A stretch of 64,000 bases of DNA from Vampirovibrionaceae bacterium NZW_1234 (lineage in GTDB: Bacteria; Cyanobacteriota; Vampirovibrionia; Vampirovibrionales; JAGQHJ01). Under the pieces are notes generated by a model. That model saw only the letters and a list, made by a program, of their open reading frames with translations, had not been told where the DNA came from and made no database searches. The DNA is taken from the NCBI GenBank assembly GCA_041697335.1, contig JBGUGD010000015.1, positions 128,001 through 192,000 of the forward strand, given 5' to 3'. Every line of letters begins with the position of its first letter. Within the stretch, counting starts at the first letter, position 1. This document shows, one piece after another, positions 56,487 through 64,000 of this stretch. Both the position numbers and the translations under genes were made by a program.

Positions 56487-56503
56487 TGTAAATTTTTCGT
56501 AAC
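56487..56503. promoter_or_regulatory. TGTAAA-N5-CGTAAC direct-repeat site
   Basis: 116 nt upstream of ATG 56603. Confidence 0.4.
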
Positions 56504-56602
56504 AGAGTAGCGAAACCGATCTTATCGATTGTTTTTATATCTGTACAACATCTCTCTTGTTTCTCGGATTATAGTAGGCTGCAATGTGTGAGGTATGGTT
56601 GT

Positions 56603-57214
56603 ATGGACTTAGGAAAATTGATGTCTCCCAAGGAGACACAGAGATTATTGGGTCAAATGATTAGTGGCGACAGTGCCGGTGTGGTTAAAGACTTAACCAG
56701 TGGCAGTGCACCGGGAGGTTTAACCTCGGCTCCCCCCGCCAGAACAGACTCGCTCAATACCAGTTCGTTTGCCGATTTGGGTAAAGCTCTTGATTTGATT
56801 CAGCGCAGCGGCTCCGGGCCCTCTTTGGGCACCTTGGTCACGGCTATGGAAAACAAGCGGATTCAGGAATTTATCGAAAATACCCTGGATGCACTCCTCG
56901 ATAGCAACAATCTGGATGACACCGGAAAAGCCTTGCTGTTGGCCTTAAAAGTCCTCATTCAGGACAACCCCCGCATGGGCCGAGGGCTGATGAACAGCTT
57001 TCAAGGGTTGGGTAGTCTTGGCAACGGTGTTCAAGATTCGTTCCGCAGTGCCTTCCGTAGCCTTTTTGGGGGCTTATCCGGCGGCATTAACCTAAACGCC
57101 AATAATTCATCCGAACTGTTACAGGCCGCCGCGGAAGAGCTGCTGCGCTACCTGGATAACAGCAATGGCATCTCTCCCTTCAACCGAGGCCTGACCAATA
57201 TCCTGGGCCTCTAA
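56603..57214 (+). CDS. Hypothetical Gly/Leu/Ser-rich helical protein
   Basis: GAGG RBS and own terminator. Confidence 0.7.
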   Translation: MDLGKLMSPKETQRLLGQMISGDSAGVVKDLTSGSAPGGLTSAPPARTDSLNTSSFADLGKALDLIQRSGSGPSLGTLVTAMENKRIQEFIENTLDALLDSNNLDDTGKALLLALKVLIQDNPRMGRGLMNSFQGLGSLGNGVQDSFRSAFRSLFGGLSGGINLNANNSSELLQAAAEELLRYLDNSNGISPFNRGLTNILGL

Positions 57215-57287
57215 GCAAGAGAGCTCTTGCACAACATCAATCCACAAGTTTCCCCTTCGGGATTAAAAGCGCTCACGAACAAAACCT

Positions 57288-57321
57288 AAACCAGAGAGAC
57301 CCTCGGGCCTCTCTGGTTTTT
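57288..57321 (+). terminator. Intrinsic terminator
   Basis: AAACCAGAGAG / CTCTCTGGTTT followed by T-run. Confidence 0.75.
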
Positions 57322-57449
57322 GGGGTTCGTCCATCCCGGACTCGCCTCTTGCCACCATGGCCCGGTGTGGTCTAAAATGCCAGTTCACTGCCTTTGATTC
57401 CCCTCGACCCCAAGCAAATAACGGCCTAAAAGCGCTGTCCGACTTCAGC

Positions 57450-57479
57450 TTGACGTCGGGACCGGGTTTGAACTACAGT
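57450..57479 (+). promoter_or_regulatory. Possible sigma70 promoter of the rplS operon
   Basis: TTGACG-N18-TACAGT. Confidence 0.4.
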
Positions 57480-57544
57480 GTATCAACGAGTGTATTTTGA
57501 GTTGCAACGGCTTTGCAACACGTAAAAAGAAGGAATGAGACCCC

Positions 57545-57985
57545 ATGACCACTGATTTGGTGAAAGAGGTTGAGCAACGTTACCTCAAACAAGACCTCCC
57601 CGACGTGGCCCCCGGCGATACCGTCAAGGTAAAAATCAAGATTAAAGAAGGCAACAAAGAGCGTACCCAGGCCTACGAAGGCGTTGTCATTAAAAAGCGG
57701 GGCTCTGGCATTAACAAAACCATTACCGTTCGTCGTGTATTCCAAGGTGTTGGTGTTGAGCGGGTCTTTCTGCTCCACTCGCCCAAAGTGGAATCCATTC
57801 AAATTATTCGCAAGGGCGACGTTCGTCGGGCCAAGCTGTACTATCTGCGCAAGCTGACGGGTAAAGCGGCTCGGATTCGCGAAAAAGTGGGCGTCATCAG
57901 TGGCGAAGCCAAAAAAGGCAAAGCCCAGCCCCAAGCTCAGGCTCCTGTGGAAAAAGCGGAAGAGCCCCCAGCCGCTGAGGCCTAA
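57545..57985 (+). CDS. rplS: 50S ribosomal protein L19
   Basis: [26 protein letters not shown] and [10 protein letters not shown]. Confidence 0.98.
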   Translation: MTTDLVKEVEQRYLKQDLPDVAPGDTVKVKIKIKEGNKERTQAYEGVVIKKRGSGINKTITVRRVFQGVGVERVFLLHSPKVESIQIIRKGDVRRAKLYYLRKLTGKAARIREKVGVISGEAKKGKAQPQAQAPVEKAEEPPAAEA

Positions 57986-58860
57986 TGGACGACACCATTA
58001 TTCAATGGTACCCCGGCCATATTGCCAAGCTGGAGCGTGAACTCCAACCTCTGTTAAAACAACTCGACGTTGTCATCGAGGTTTTGGATGCCCGCATTCC
58101 CCAAGCCAGTTGGAATCAACAATTATCCCAAAAGATCCGGCACCAAAAGCCGGTTCTTTTGGTTTTAAACAAGGCTGACCTCGCGGATCCCCATTGGACC
58201 TCCCAGTGGGAAGCCCATTACCGAGAGATTTACCCATCAGTCCTGTCCTTCAGTTGCAGCACAGGCAAAGGCAAGCAGTCCATCATCCAAGCCTTGCAAC
58301 ACTTGGGAGAGCCGGAGCAAGTCAAGCGGGTGGCCAAAGGCTTAAAACGTCGCCCGGTTCGCACCGGTATCGTCGGCATGCCCAATGTGGGAAAATCCAG
58401 CATCCTGAACACCCTGGTGGGGGTCAAAAAAGCCCATACCGGCCACCGGGCCGGGGTCACCCGAACCACCCAGTGGGTCCGGGTGCATCCGCAGGTGGAG
58501 CTTCTGGATACCCCCGGATTGATTCCGCCCAAACTGGAGTCCGCCGAAATGGGCAAACTCCTGGCCAGTGTGTACTCCGTGGGAGACGCCGCCTTTGAGG
58601 AAGAAATGATTTTGCCGGATTTTATGGAACGCATCAACACGCTTTACCCCGGCATGTTGACCCGGGCACTGGACTTGCCTGCGGATACCGAAGCGACGCC
58701 AGAGGCCGTGGCCCGGCGCCGAGGCTATCTTCTGCCCGGAGATGAACTGGACTATCGCCGCACGGCCCAGGCCGTCTTTAAGGATTTTCGTCATGGTCGA
58801 TTGGGAAGAATCACCCTTGAACACCCCCACCAAGGCCCCTCGAAAGAAGCGTCTCTCTAA
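57985..58860 (+). CDS. rbgA: Ribosome biogenesis GTPase RbgA/YlqF
   Basis: IQWYPGH, DARIP, NKAD, GMPNVGKSS and LLDTPG. Confidence 0.95.
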   Translation: MDDTIIQWYPGHIAKLERELQPLLKQLDVVIEVLDARIPQASWNQQLSQKIRHQKPVLLVLNKADLADPHWTSQWEAHYREIYPSVLSFSCSTGKGKQSIIQALQHLGEPEQVKRVAKGLKRRPVRTGIVGMPNVGKSSILNTLVGVKKAHTGHRAGVTRTTQWVRVHPQVELLDTPGLIPPKLESAEMGKLLASVYSVGDAAFEEEMILPDFMERINTLYPGMLTRALDLPADTEATPEAVARRRGYLLPGDELDYRRTAQAVFKDFRHGRLGRITLEHPHQGPSKEASL

Positions 58861-59551
58861 GCTGTCAGCCTTATTGGCCTTTGATCGAAAGCAGCTTGCC
58901 TTGGCGTGCCAGGAACACCACTGTGAATTTACCGGGATTCTTGGTATCGATGAAGTGGGGCGGGGCAGCCTGGTGGGCCCTGTGGTTGCCGCTGCCCTGG
59001 TTTTTCCCAGTCGCCTTAGCCCGGCAGATAAACGCCTGCTGGCGGATCTGGATGATTCCAAGGCAGCCCATCTCAATCATGCCAAGCGCCTGGCCATGGC
59101 CAGCCATTTGCAAACCATTGGGCACTGGGGTATTGGCGAAGCCTCGCTGGAAGATATCGAGCGTTACAACATCTTTCATGCGTCCTTCCTGGCCGGTCGT
59201 CGGGCCATTGCCGCCGTGGCCGAAACGCTTGGCACCGAGATGCAAGCAGAGCTGGAACGTTACATTGTGATAGTGGATGGCAAACACCGGATTTCAGAGT
59301 TAACGCTGATTCAGTACCCTCATGTCAAAGCCGATGGTAAATCGGCTGCCGTGGCCGGAGCCTCCATTATTGCCAAGGCCTACCGGGACAACTTGTTGAT
59401 GCGCTATGCCGAAGAATATCCGGGCTATGGTTGGGAAAAAAATGCCGGCTACGGGACCCCGAGCCATCAAGAGGCCATGCAAACCCTGGGCCTGACCCCC
59501 TTGCATCGCAAGTCCTTCAAGCTGGTCCAACAGCAGCTCACGTTGTTTTAA
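58817..59551 (+). CDS. rnhB: Ribonuclease HII
   Basis: GIDEVGRGSLVGPV, DDSK, VDG, ASIIAK, GYGT and HRKSF; start uncertain (58793 ATG or 58817 TTG). Confidence 0.95.
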   Translation: MNTPTKAPRKKRLSKLSALLAFDRKQLALACQEHHCEFTGILGIDEVGRGSLVGPVVAAALVFPSRLSPADKRLLADLDDSKAAHLNHAKRLAMASHLQTIGHWGIGEASLEDIERYNIFHASFLAGRRAIAAVAETLGTEMQAELERYIVIVDGKHRISELTLIQYPHVKADGKSAAVAGASIIAKAYRDNLLMRYAEEYPGYGWEKNAGYGTPSHQEAMQTLGLTPLHRKSFKLVQQQLTLF

Positions 59552-60262
59552 TTACCGGTGCAACAGGGCGCCTGCCGCAAGCGCGTTATTGATAAGATGC
59601 CCGATCATCCCGGGCAATAACGCCCGGGTACGGTCACGAAAGACGCCCAGGATGGTTGCCGTGACCAGCACATACACCATCGCCAGCCAGTTGCCCAGAT
59701 ACAGGGTGTGAAACAGGGTAAAAACCGCAACGGTTACTCCCACGGCGGCCCAACGGGGCATATAGCGATAGAGGGTGGATTGCAGCAGGCCCCGGAAAAT
59801 AAGTTCCTCCATGAGGGGTGCCAGCACAATGGCCAGGACCACCAACCATTCCAGCTTCCATGGAGGCACAGCCTGGTAGGGCTGAGTCACCTCCCAGCGA
59901 TAGACCTGGGCCAGAAAGCCCAAGATGGTTCCAAATACCAGAATACAGGTTCCGCAGAACACCCCCAGGCCAATCTGGTTTCGCCAGCTCTCCTGAGAAG
60001 ATCGCAGCCCAACCCCGGTCCAAAACGCGCTCCCATAGCGGCGAAGAAAAACAAGAAAACCCACGAGCCATGCTCCGTTACTGGCCAGATACAGGGCCAG
60101 CATGACCTGCTCTTTCGGCCAGACAACAAGGGACTTTAGCCCCCAGGTCAGTACGAGGGGAATCAGCACAACGGCAACCAGAAACAGATCGAGGACGGTG
60201 CGTAAGCCCCAAGGTGGAACATCCGGAGCGGACGGTATGCTAGAATGAGGTGTCAGGTTCAA
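59552..60262 (-). CDS. CPBP (CAAX/Abi) intramembrane metalloprotease
   Basis: APLMEELIFRG, FTLFH and HLINN; start uncertain (TTG 60262 or 60283). Confidence 0.88.
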   Translation of the reverse strand: MNLTPHSSIPSAPDVPPWGLRTVLDLFLVAVVLIPLVLTWGLKSLVVWPKEQVMLALYLASNGAWLVGFLVFLRRYGSAFWTGVGLRSSQESWRNQIGLGVFCGTCILVFGTILGFLAQVYRWEVTQPYQAVPPWKLEWLVVLAIVLAPLMEELIFRGLLQSTLYRYMPRWAAVGVTVAVFTLFHTLYLGNWLAMVYVLVTATILGVFRDRTRALLPGMIGHLINNALAAGALLHR

Positions 60263-60282
60263 ACGAGAGACTCTCTGGGCCA

Positions 60283-61314
60283 ATGGGTGTGCGCATTACA
60301 TTATTGGGCATTATATCAGAGGTGGTGCTCTGGACCGCGATTCTGGTCGTGGGATCCGTTCTGTTTGGCCGCTATATTCTGCCTCATACCCCGTGGGGCA
60401 ATAAAATCAACCAGGAGTTTACCTGGACCTTTAATGACGTCAGCCAACTGAGTGTGGGTTCCCCCGTAAACTTCATGGGCATTGACGTAGGGTCCGTCAA
60501 GCGCTTGACCCCGGGCTCCAACCACGTAAAAGTTCATGTGGAAACCTACCCGACCGCCCCCAAAATTCCGACCGGATCGAATATTACCGTGGAATTTAAT
60601 GGCCTGGCCGGTGCCAAGACCCTGGAGATCCTGCCTCCGGAAGAACTGGTAGATGCACCGGAGAATTTTATTGTGGAAGATCCCATCCGATTGTCGGATG
60701 TGACCCACACCCAAAGCGAAATGTCCATTGCCTTGAATAAAGCAGCCCAGAATCTGGCCAAAAGCCTTCGTGACTACCCAGATGACCATAGCCTGATTCT
60801 GGCGCTTCAACCTCTGGATCTGGCTCTTGATAAAAGTGGATCCAGTTTAAGCACCATGCTGAGGGTTTTAACTACCTTAAGCCCGAAAATCCAAACGGGC
60901 TTGCGTAAAACAAACACCTCAATTGGCCATTTCAATGCGATGGCCATTCGCCTCGCCGAAATTACCCGACCGGCTGATCTGCAAAGGAGGCTTGTCCACC
61001 AGTTTGAATCGTTTCACACCACCCGGCATCGTCTTCAGAACCACTTGAACTCTTGTCAAACAGCGTACCTGCACGACCGCCTTTCGATTATCGCGTCAGA
61101 ACTGTCTCAAGCCACCCAGTCGCTCAATTCCACCTTGCCCAACACGCTCCAGGGATGGACGACCTTCAACCAGCGCATGTGTCAGGTCCACAACACCCTG
61201 TGTCGCATTGATAACAGCATTGATCCGGCTACATTGAGACAACGGCTTCACAACTTCAGCGAGCAGCTTCAACACTGGCTTGTGCCGTTGAAAACCCTGG
61301 AATCGAAGTTTTAA
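60283..61314 (+). CDS. MlaD/MCE-family protein
   Basis: N-terminal TM, FNDVSQLSVGSPVNFMGIDVGSV and GLAGAKTLEI, helical tail. Confidence 0.85.
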   Translation: MGVRITLLGIISEVVLWTAILVVGSVLFGRYILPHTPWGNKINQEFTWTFNDVSQLSVGSPVNFMGIDVGSVKRLTPGSNHVKVHVETYPTAPKIPTGSNITVEFNGLAGAKTLEILPPEELVDAPENFIVEDPIRLSDVTHTQSEMSIALNKAAQNLAKSLRDYPDDHSLILALQPLDLALDKSGSSLSTMLRVLTTLSPKIQTGLRKTNTSIGHFNAMAIRLAEITRPADLQRRLVHQFESFHTTRHRLQNHLNSCQTAYLHDRLSIIASELSQATQSLNSTLPNTLQGWTTFNQRMCQVHNTLCRIDNSIDPATLRQRLHNFSEQLQHWLVPLKTLESKF

Positions 61315-61317
61315 AAC

Positions 61318-62898
61318 CTAAACGGTGGCCAATGAAGGCCCGGAAGCCACCAGCCTGTCCAGGCTCCGATACTGGAAGGCTTGGGCCAAGTGAACGGTCT
61401 CAATGGTATCCGCCCCGGCCAGATCGGCAATGGTGCGGGTCAGTTTGAGAATCCGATCAAAAGAACGGCCACTGAGATTGAGCTTCTGGATGGCTTGGGC
61501 CATAAAGGCCTCCGTATCCGGGGTTAAGGCGCAGAATTGTTTGATATGGGAGGGCAGCATCTCGCTATTGGTGCGAATCCCAAGGCCCTCAAACCGTGTC
61601 TTTTGTCGTTGACGAGCCTGAACAATGCGCTCCTGCACCTGAGCACTGGATTCCGGCGCACTGAGAGAGGTATCATTGCCTAACAACTCGGCTTGGGACA
61701 GGCGGGGCACTTCAATATGCAAATCGATCCGATCCAGGAGGGGGCCGGAGATTTTTCCCAGATAGCGCTGAATTTGCGAGGGGGAGCAGACACAGGACTT
61801 GAGGGAATCGCCATAATAGCCGCAAGGGCAGGGGTTCATGGCAGCCAGAAGAATGAATTTGGCGGGAAAGGTCATCGACTGCTGGGCCCGACTCACCGTG
61901 ACCACGCCGTCTTCCAGAGGCTGCCGCAGGACTTCCAGAACGTTTCGGGGAAACTCGGTGAACTCATCGAGGAAGAGGACGCCCCGATGAGAGAGCGTGA
62001 TTTCCCCCGGTTTGGGGTGAGCACCACCACCGATGATTCCGGCGGGGGAGGCCGAGTGATGGGGCGAACGAAACGGGCGACGATAAATCAGGTTGGGGCT
62101 ATCCGGCAAGAGACCGGCCACACTGTAAATGCGGCTGACTTCCAGCATTTCCTCAAAATCCATGGGGGGTAAAATTCCGGCAAAGGCCTTGGCAAGCATG
62201 GATTTTCCGCTGCCCGGGGGGCCGAACATGGCGATGTTGTGCCCGCCTGCGGCTGCAATTTCTAAGGCCCGCTTGGCATGAGTCTGGCCTTTGATTTCCG
62301 CAAAATCCACCAGAAAACGTTCGCTCCGGTTCATGACCTCTTGAAACAAAGTCTCAGGCTTCAACGCCGATCGGAAGGCCTCCGGATCATCCAGCAGTTG
62401 GGGAACCTGGGATAGGTGTTCCAGGCCATACACGGCAATGCCTTCGACCAGCGAGGCCTCGGCCATGTTTTCCTTGGCCACCACCAGGGCATTGATATTG
62501 CGTGCCCGGGCCATCAGTGCAAGGGACAAGACACCCCGAACCGGACGCACGGATCCATCCAGGGACAACTCTCCCACAAAGCATGCTTCGCTTAACAAGC
62601 GGCTTTCCGGGAAATACTCGGAGCTGTGTAAAATCCCCACCGCCATGGGCAGGTCGAAACCGGATCCGGCTTTGCGAACATCGGCCGGGGCCAGGTTGAC
62701 CACCACTTTTTTTAACGGAAACACGAATCCGGCATTCTTAATGGCAGATTTTATCCGCTCCTTCGCTTCGTTCACCGTGGTATCCGGTAGTCCGACAATG
62801 TTGAAGGCAGGCACCCCGGCAGCCGTATCCACCTCGGCAAACACCACCTCGCCATCAATGCCATTAATGGTCCCGGTCATAATCTGGGCAACCGTCAC
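61318..62898 (-). CDS. comM: YifB/ComM Mg-chelatase-like AAA+ ATPase
   Basis: IVGLPD, NLAPAD.RK.GS.FDLP, GPPGSGKS, PFRSPHH, LFLDE, AMNPCPCG and SGPLLDRID; AGGAGG RBS before GTG 62898. Confidence 0.93.
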   Translation of the reverse strand: MTVAQIMTGTINGIDGEVVFAEVDTAAGVPAFNIVGLPDTTVNEAKERIKSAIKNAGFVFPLKKVVVNLAPADVRKAGSGFDLPMAVGILHSSEYFPESRLLSEACFVGELSLDGSVRPVRGVLSLALMARARNINALVVAKENMAEASLVEGIAVYGLEHLSQVPQLLDDPEAFRSALKPETLFQEVMNRSERFLVDFAEIKGQTHAKRALEIAAAGGHNIAMFGPPGSGKSMLAKAFAGILPPMDFEEMLEVSRIYSVAGLLPDSPNLIYRRPFRSPHHSASPAGIIGGGAHPKPGEITLSHRGVLFLDEFTEFPRNVLEVLRQPLEDGVVTVSRAQQSMTFPAKFILLAAMNPCPCGYYGDSLKSCVCSPSQIQRYLGKISGPLLDRIDLHIEVPRLSQAELLGNDTSLSAPESSAQVQERIVQARQRQKTRFEGLGIRTNSEMLPSHIKQFCALTPDTEAFMAQAIQKLNLSGRSFDRILKLTRTIADLAGADTIETVHLAQAFQYRSLDRLVASGPSLATV

Positions 62899-63097
62899 GT
62901 TTTGGGCCTCCTGTCCTCGCCCCGGCATCGGGGTTCAAGCTCACTATTCATCTCATCAAATCGAAATAGCCCGGGAAACTCAAGACATGCTGCACAGATT
63001 GTTACAGACGGATGGCTATCCCCAGATACGCAATTTTGGCGTACAATAGGGGCGTGTAGAGTCGTCCGCATCGAAATGATGGACCAGGGGGTCTTTC

Positions 63098-64000
63098 TTG
63101 AACGCCAACGTGTCGAATCAAAAATTTATTGCCCTAACGCTAATCTCTTTCTGCGTGCTTGCCCTGATTTTGGGCGTGGTACAACTGTCCAAAGCTCCCA
63201 GCAATATTAAAGCCGTCGGATCCAAAGAGTCGATCTCAGGAACATTCATGGGCGGCACCGGCGATCGCCTGGCCTTTATCTCCCTGGAAGGCATGATCAG
63301 CGAGGATTTAAGCGACTCCTCTGTTTTTCAGCGTGAATCGACTGCCATGAAGGCCCGTCGGCTGCTGTATTATGCGGCCAAAGACACCAATGTCAAGGGA
63401 GTCCTCCTGCGCATTAATTCCCCGGGAGGCACCGTGGGCATGAGCCAGGAATTGTATGATGCGGTCTCCGAAGTTCGCAAACACAAACCCATTGTGGTTT
63501 CCATGGGCGATGTTGCTGCCAGTGGCGGCTACTACACGGCAGCAGCAGCCGACCGGATTCTCGCCAACCCGGGAACATTGACGGCCAGTATCGGCGTGAT
63601 TCTGCAGACCATCAATGCTGAAAAACTCTTGACGGACAAACTGGGCATTAAAGCCGTAACGGTGAAAAGCGGCAAGTTTAAAGATATTCTTTCGCCCTAC
63701 CGCCCGGCAACCGAAGCCGAGTTGTCCTTGTTGCAAGATATTATCGACTCTTCCTATCACCAATTTCTGGAGGCCGTCCTGAATGGGCGCACCCGGGACA
63801 TTAAAGACCCTGAGGTTCGTAATAATCGGATACGAGCGATCACCGCCATTGCCGACGGTCGTGTGGTGCTGGGCTCTCAGGCCGTTGAAATCGGCCTCGT
63901 CGATCAAACCGGAGGCTTGGAAGATGCCAAGCGAGTGCTGCAAAATCTGGCTGGCGAGCGGTTTAACATTAGCCGCCCCGATCGCCTGACGTTGCAGGAA
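63098..64000 (+). CDS. sppA: Signal peptide peptidase SppA (3'-truncated; absent from the ORF track)
   Basis: Read manually from TTG 63098: N-terminal TM, LLRINSPGG, SMGDVAASGGYY, TASIGVI, KSGKFKD, ADGRV and GLVD. Confidence 0.92.
   Translation, partial: MNANVSNQKFIALTLISFCVLALILGVVQLSKAPSNIKAVGSKESISGTFMGGTGDRLAFISLEGMISEDLSDSSVFQRESTAMKARRLLYYAAKDTNVKGVLLRINSPGGTVGMSQELYDAVSEVRKHKPIVVSMGDVAASGGYYTAAAADRILANPGTLTASIGVILQTINAEKLLTDKLGIKAVTVKSGKFKDILSPYRPATEAELSLLQDIIDSSYHQFLEAVLNGRTRDIKDPEVRNNRIRAITAIADGRVVLGSQAVEIGLVDQTGGLEDAKRVLQNLAGERFNISRPDRLTLQE

Noticed and set aside
63308..63943. 211-aa minus-strand ORF
   Set aside because: Antisense to sppA, which is open on the plus strand to the window end

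Overview
Bacterial chromosomal window of moderately high GC. It most plausibly comes from a non-photosynthetic, flagellated cyanobacterial relative (Vampirovibrionia/Melainabacteria). This is inferred from cyanobacterial-type YvcK and DUF445 genes co-occurring with flhB and a FliA-like sigma factor, and it is not proven. The housekeeping backbone is cysD-cysN, a split dcw cluster (ftsL-ftsI // murE-murC-murB-ddl-ftsQ), thiolase-hbd, a PhaB-like reductase, tRNA-His, pxpA-like/rapZ/yvcK/panB/panC, grpE-dnaJ, flhB-fliA, rplS-rbgA-rnhB, mlaD, comM and sppA. No cas, phage or transposase genes were seen. Four things stand out. (1) A three-member family of low-complexity proteins built from short Met- or Leu-rich blocks in Gly/Asp spacers (6163, 7832, 37918). 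They share protein motifs and an upstream TTTATAT-N6-TATC element, and one lies directly behind a regulator made of four tandem GntR HTH domains. (2) A Fur/Zur-divergent operon encoding His/Cys-rich proteins, an MFS transporter and a distant isocyanide-synthase (Dit1/PvcA) homologue, which is a candidate novel metallophore system. (3) A dispersed family of 25-bp palindromes with compensatory substitutions, arranged in mini-arrays beside a conserved AT-rich flank. (4) Several orphan proteins sharing an N-terminal [PVL]RF[GA]-like motif, a possible secretion tag. A globin-coupled chemoreceptor gene carries a 1-nt frameshift. All functional proposals are unverified hypotheses made without database searches.
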